From Candidatus Rifleibacteriota bacterium (GTDB lineage Bacteria; Muiribacteriota; Ozemobacteria; Ozemobacterales; Ozemobacteraceae): DNA of 31,184 nt. Below are positions 26,541 to 31,184 of this stretch, piece by piece. Position 1 is the stretch's first letter, and each line of letters opens with the position of its first letter. The stretch lies in NCBI GenBank assembly GCA_051747585.1, contig JBNJGH010000033.1:1-31184 (forward strand), in the 5' to 3' direction. A program made the position numbers and the translations under genes. The notes below the pieces were generated by a model. The model worked only from the letters and a program-made list of their open reading frames with translations. It was not told where the DNA came from and made no database searches.

Positions 26541-29500
26541 ATGAGCTTTTTCAGAAATCATTTCGCAGCAGTAATTTTGTTTGCTATTTTGCTAACGCCC
26601 TTCAATGCCTGGGGCGCAACCGAACCATCATTAGAGGGTCTGGCTTCGGCAACTGAAATTCTACAGAATACCCATTCCACTCAACCTGAAAATTTGCTGA
26701 GAAGCACTTCTACTCCTGCCAGTCTTTCTTTAAACAGCTCCAATAACCTTGAAGGTTATGAACTGCTTGATGACATTCAGGATATGTGGCAGATGAATTT
26801 CAAGCATCACAACGAAACAGAACGATCCCTTATTTCTTCACCTTTTGGGCCACCCGCCGGTGGCCTTGCCCTTTTTCAAAGCACCAAAGGAAACAGCTAT
26901 TTTGGTTGTGACTGTAATATATTTTATAAATTCTTTAATTTTGACAAAGAATATCTTCCTGGCTCTAAAGTAACTTTTTACGCAAAATTTAAACGAATTT
27001 CCGAAAACAATTATTACGAAACTGCTGCAGTATTAGTTCATGCATACAGCAATGAGCAATTGGTAGAAAAACAAATTATCGGTACCGATGGAGGATACTA
27101 TTCTAGAAGATGGAACAATTCATTTAAAAATGGCTTTCAGTTTTATCCAAACGGCTATTCAGGCCTTATAGAATTCACCATAACTGTACCATTCGATTCT
27201 CTTAGAGTCAGTTTGTTTAATTATGCCTGTATCGGTGAGAACTACACCATTCTTGACCACGTAATGTTCAAGGGCATCACCGACACCCCGGAATTAATAG
27301 GGGTCGAAGCAAGCCCGGACAGCCTTATGCTCGACAAAACCGGTTGCAACCTTGGTGACATGGTTTTCAAAGCAGAAACATCCGGAGAAGCAGCCGTTAA
27401 TTTTGAACTGCATCATCCCGCTTCCGGTATGATCCTCGAACTGGGGCAGAAGAACGCGGTTGAACAAAACGGTTCTTTTTTCGCAACCATGAGCTGGTCA
27501 GAGAAATTCCCCGAAGGTTTTTCTTTTCAACCGGGCACTTACAAACTTGTCGCAACTTTAGACAGTCAGAGCGCAGAAGATCAATTCGCAATCGCCACCT
27601 CTGAAGGGAATTTCACCGGTTTGGGTTTATGGTCGAAAAACAGTAAAGACCCGACAAATACCGTTCTTTCCAGCGTAAGTATTAGAAGATGCCCTACCTG
27701 CCCCTGGAACCAGATGCTTTTTTACTCACCGGGTTATTTTTCTACCCTCAATATCAGTGATCCGGTCAATATTGTTTCAGGTAACTATATCTGGCAACAT
27801 GAAGATTTGATTCTCAAGTCAAGAATGAAGCTTGATCTTGCTCGAATTTACAATTCACTCGACCGCTACAACGGCGACTTTGGTCGAGGCTGGAGCTCCC
27901 ACTACCTGTCCCGGCTTGTATTCCAAACCAATGCCGTAATTTTTGTTAACTCCGATGGCTCAAGAGTTAAATTCGAAAGAGAAGGCGACAATTTTACCGT
28001 CGAAAATGGTATTGAGTTGAAATTACAATATAATCCCGACAGCGAATTGTATACTCTTTCTCATCCTTACGGTGAGACCTGGGCGTTTAACACAGAAGGA
28101 AAAATTCTAAGAATGTCTTCGGGTTGCTGTGGTCTTGGTGCGATAGATTCTATTAATTTTGAATATGACTCTTCAGGCAAACTCAATAAAGTGAGCAATC
28201 CCGCCGGCCAATGGATTGAATTCGAATATGGTCAGAACGGTAAAATTATAAAAGCACTTGATTCAACCGGCAGAGAAGTTCTTTATGCCTATGATAACGA
28301 GAATAATCTTGTCAGCTATACCGATCCTGTCGGTAGAACCACCGCCTACGAATATGACGGCAATGGTTTCCTCACCAGAGTCGAGCAACCCGGCAGCAGA
28401 ATAACCCGCATCGAGTATAGCGATTACCGAATAAGTCGACTTATAGATGTGAAGGGTGAGACCAGTATTTTCAGCTGGAATGAAGATGCGCCGGAATTGA
28501 TCTTAACTGATGCATACAATACCGCTCATGTTTACAGCTTTAATGACAATTGGCGTTTCAACGGTTATTCTGTCCCGACTTTTGGTATTGAAAAAACTTT
28601 TAATTCAGAGGGCAAAGCCCTTACCGGCTTTCAAAATTCTCAGGGTGCAACCAGAAAATTTGTTTTTGTTAACGGAAGATTGCATAAAAAAATCGATGAA
28701 GTCGGCTACGAAAACTTTATCGAATTTGATCCGGTTCTTACACTGCCGACTCTGGTAAAAGACACCCTCGACCGTGAATGGCAATATGAATGGGATGACA
28801 AAGGCAACCTGATCGCAAAAACCGACCCCGACGGTAATACGACCTCATACACCTACGATCGCTACAACAACAAACTCATCGAAGAAGATCCCGAAGGCAG
28901 AACAACCAATTATACCTATTCCGCTGACGGCAATTTTCTCCTGACCATAACCGACCCCATGGGTGATGTGACCAGCTTCACCTATGATTTGAGAGGAAAC
29001 AAAGTTTCTTACAAGTTGCCTACCGGCAGCATTACCAGAAGCGAATACGATCTTTTGAACCGTGAGACCAGGAGTATTTATCATGACGGTCGCTGGTTAA
29101 AAACTTTCTATAACCAAAGCGGTTTTGTAAGTAAAACCCTGGAGTCTGACGGCACAGAAGTTCGCAGAACCTATGACTCTTCGGGAAAAGTTTTAAGCGA
29201 AACCACTGCTGACGGGGCCGTAACCCAATTCGAATATGACGAATGCGGCCGAAAAATAAGCACTATAGATCCTCTGGGCAATATTACCCAAACCATTTAT
29301 GATGATCTCGGGCGGGTTACGAGCATTATTCACCCCGATCAAAGTTTCACCAGAAAATACTATGATTCCGAAGGCCGCACCATCAAAACCGTCGACGAAT
29401 GCGGCGCAGAAACACTCTTTGAATACGATGCTGCAGGCCGGTTAGTTGCCAGAATCGATGCGCTCGGCAACCGACAGGAAACCCAGTATGACATTGCCGG

Positions 29501-31184
29501 CAGAGTAATAGCATGCAAAGATTCTCTCGGAAGAATTACCCGCACCATTTATGATGAAAACGACCGGGTTGTTAAGACCATTTTTCCCGATGGCTCGACA
29601 CAAACCAATCAGTATTACGAAGACGGCCGAAAAAAAGCAAAAACAGACCCACTGGGAAATATTACCACCTATGAGTACAACCGACGCGGGCAGCAAACGA
29701 AAATCATTCTTCCGAACGGTGCCATAAAAAGACGATACTATAACAGTATGGGCCACGAAATCAAAACCGTAGATCCCCTTGGTCGAATTACACAAACCCT
29801 TTATGACGACAATTTCAGACCTTATATAACTGTTAACCCTGCGGGCGGTGAAACCCGCCGATACTGGGATTCCGCCAGCGGTTTTCTCATTGCGGAAAAA
29901 CGCCCTGATGACAGTATTACCAGCACTACCTATGATCTGTTAGACAGACCCGTAGTCAAATACAATGCCAATGGTGAAGCAATCAGGTTCGAATACGATC
30001 TGGCCGGAAGACAGGTCGCTCGAATCGACGCACTTGGTCGTCGCACTTTGAGCATTTATGACAATCGGGGCCGGGAGATCAAGAAAGTTTATCCCGAAGG
30101 CAATATAGTCAGAAAAACTTATGACAATTGCGGCAGAATGCTCTCACTTACAGACGGGGCAGGTCGAACCTGGCGCTGGGAATACGATCTTCCTGGTCGG
30201 GTTATAAAAGAAACAGACCCGATGGGACATGAAGTATCTTTCCAATATAATGCGGTCGGCAAAATGACGTCCAGAACCAATGCCCGAAATCAAACCACCA
30301 ATTACACTTACGATTGTATGAACCGCCTTGTCACTATAAGTTATCCTGACGGCTCGCTTGCGTCTTTTACCTACGATCTTATGGGACGGGAATTAACCAG
30401 AAGCGGCCCGGGCGGAAGCTGTATCAAAGAGTATGATTGCGTGGGAAATGTAGTTTCCGAAAAATATTCCGGGCCAAAGACGCCTGAAAGCTATAAAGGC
30501 TGGACTTACGAATATGATCTGGCAGGGAACCGCATTAAAGCAATCGATTCAGAAGGAAAAGAAATAAAGTATTCTTATAATAAACTCGATCAGGTTATAA
30601 AAATAGAATACGGTAAAAACCATCAAATTATTTATGAAAGAGATCCGGTCGGGCGTATTCTTCGAATAGAACGCAAAGGCACCGAGTCTGTCTACAATTA
30701 TGACTCAGTCGGCAGACCCCTTGAAATCAAGCATTTCCGCTATGATTCCTGCCCCCGTAAAAAACTTATTGCAGCGCGTATTTATGAATACGACAGTGTC
30801 GGTAATATTTTATCCATGACCGATGAACAGGATAAAAAGACTTCTTATCAATACAATGCGAATGACTGGCTGGTAAAAGTTACCTATCCCGATTCAAATA
30901 CGGCACATTACGGTTACAACGGTGCAGGTGACCGAACCAGTCGCCGAATCAACGACGAACCTGTTATTGCTTATGAGTATGATGCCGCAGGTAGAATGAT
31001 CACCAGCGGCGAAGATGAATATGCTTATGATGCCGACGGTAATATGTTATCTGATTCGGTTGCTTCTTACAGCTGGAATTCAGATAACCGTCTGGTTCGG
31101 GTAGAGAAGACAAGCGGCGACTGCAAGCATAAAAAAAATCGCCGCGGTCATGGTTTCGGCCATTTAAAACATGGCAAAGAGACT
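26541..31184 (+). CDS. Large RHS/YD-repeat protein with Sec signal peptide and DUF6531-like domain (3' end outside window; absent from ORF track)
   Basis: AGAGGA RBS; MSFFRNHFAAVILFAILLTPFNAWGA; DPVNIVSGNY...ARIYNS...FGRGW; many YDxxG repeats; frame checked at 27759 and 30972. Confidence 0.92.
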   Translation, partial: MSFFRNHFAAVILFAILLTPFNAWGATEPSLEGLASATEILQNTHSTQPENLLRSTSTPASLSLNSSNNLEGYELLDDIQDMWQMNFKHHNETERSLISSPFGPPAGGLALFQSTKGNSYFGCDCNIFYKFFNFDKEYLPGSKVTFYAKFKRISENNYYETAAVLVHAYSNEQLVEKQIIGTDGGYYSRRWNNSFKNGFQFYPNGYSGLIEFTITVPFDSLRVSLFNYACIGENYTILDHVMFKGITDTPELIGVEASPDSLMLDKTGCNLGDMVFKAETSGEAAVNFELHHPASGMILELGQKNAVEQNGSFFATMSWSEKFPEGFSFQPGTYKLVATLDSQSAEDQFAIATSEGNFTGLGLWSKNSKDPTNTVLSSVSIRRCPTCPWNQMLFYSPGYFSTLNISDPVNIVSGNYIWQHEDLILKSRMKLDLARIYNSLDRYNGDFGRGWSSHYLSRLVFQTNAVIFVNSDGSRVKFEREGDNFTVENGIELKLQYNPDSELYTLSHPYGETWAFNTEGKILRMSSGCCGLGAIDSINFEYDSSGKLNKVSNPAGQWIEFEYGQNGKIIKALDSTGREVLYAYDNENNLVSYTDPVGRTTAYEYDGNGFLTRVEQPGSRITRIEYSDYRISRLIDVKGETSIFSWNEDAPELILTDAYNTAHVYSFNDNWRFNGYSVPTFGIEKTFNSEGKALTGFQNSQGATRKFVFVNGRLHKKIDEVGYENFIEFDPVLTLPTLVKDTLDREWQYEWDDKGNLIAKTDPDGNTTSYTYDRYNNKLIEEDPEGRTTNYTYSADGNFLLTITDPMGDVTSFTYDLRGNKVSYKLPTGSITRSEYDLLNRETRSIYHDGRWLKTFYNQSGFVSKTLESDGTEVRRTYDSSGKVLSETTADGAVTQFEYDECGRKISTIDPLGNITQTIYDDLGRVTSIIHPDQSFTRKYYDSEGRTIKTVDECGAETLFEYDAAGRLVARIDALGNRQETQYDIAGRVIACKDSLGRITRTIYDENDRVVKTIFPDGSTQTNQYYEDGRKKAKTDPLGNITTYEYNRRGQQTKIILPNGAIKRRYYNSMGHEIKTVDPLGRITQTLYDDNFRPYITVNPAGGETRRYWDSASGFLIAEKRPDDSITSTTYDLLDRPVVKYNANGEAIRFEYDLAGRQVARIDALGRRTLSIYDNRGREIKKVYPEGNIVRKTYDNCGRMLSLTDGAGRTWRWEYDLPGRVIKETDPMGHEVSFQYNAVGKMTSRTNARNQTTNYTYDCMNRLVTISYPDGSLASFTYDLMGRELTRSGPGGSCIKEYDCVGNVVSEKYSGPKTPESYKGWTYEYDLAGNRIKAIDSEGKEIKYSYNKLDQVIKIEYGKNHQIIYERDPVGRILRIERKGTESVYNYDSVGRPLEIKHFRYDSCPRKKLIAARIYEYDSVGNILSMTDEQDKKTSYQYNANDWLVKVTYPDSNTAHYGYNGAGDRTSRRINDEPVIAYEYDAAGRMITSGEDEYAYDADGNMLSDSVASYSWNSDNRLVRVEKTSGDCKHKKNRRGHGFGHLKHGKET

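Noticed and set aside
27397..29795. Short ORFs within the RHS gene (27397-27591, 28510-28758, 28845-29084, 29360-29548, 29442-29795)
   Set aside because: Antisense or out-of-frame shadows of the long RHS reading frame

Overview
AT-rich chromosomal window from a probably diderm bacterium, spanning the replication origin. Left of oriC, dnaA and a DUF721/DciA-like gene run on the minus strand. Right of oriC every supported gene runs on the plus strand: accB, lpdA, a degenerate homoserine-dehydrogenase-like protein, aspartokinase, LptD-like protein, rpiB, upp, dCMP deaminase, murA, HEAT-repeat protein, xerD, a large outer-membrane protein, TetR with a deleted efflux operon remnant, and a Zn-ribbon protein. 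The standout feature is a ~1.07-kb non-coding transcription unit (about 19560-20626). It has its own sigma70 promoter, a boxA-like leader, 5'/3' ends that pair into a long closing stem, many internal hairpins including GNRA loops, a possible pseudoknot and an intrinsic terminator. It looks like a large structured ncRNA that I cannot assign to a known family by eye. An accessory region follows it directly: HicAB, an IS21-family element, a RelE/HigB-type TA pair, a frameshifted DUF4279 gene, a MITE, short repeats and a >1500-aa signal-peptide-bearing RHS/YD-repeat protein that runs off the window.
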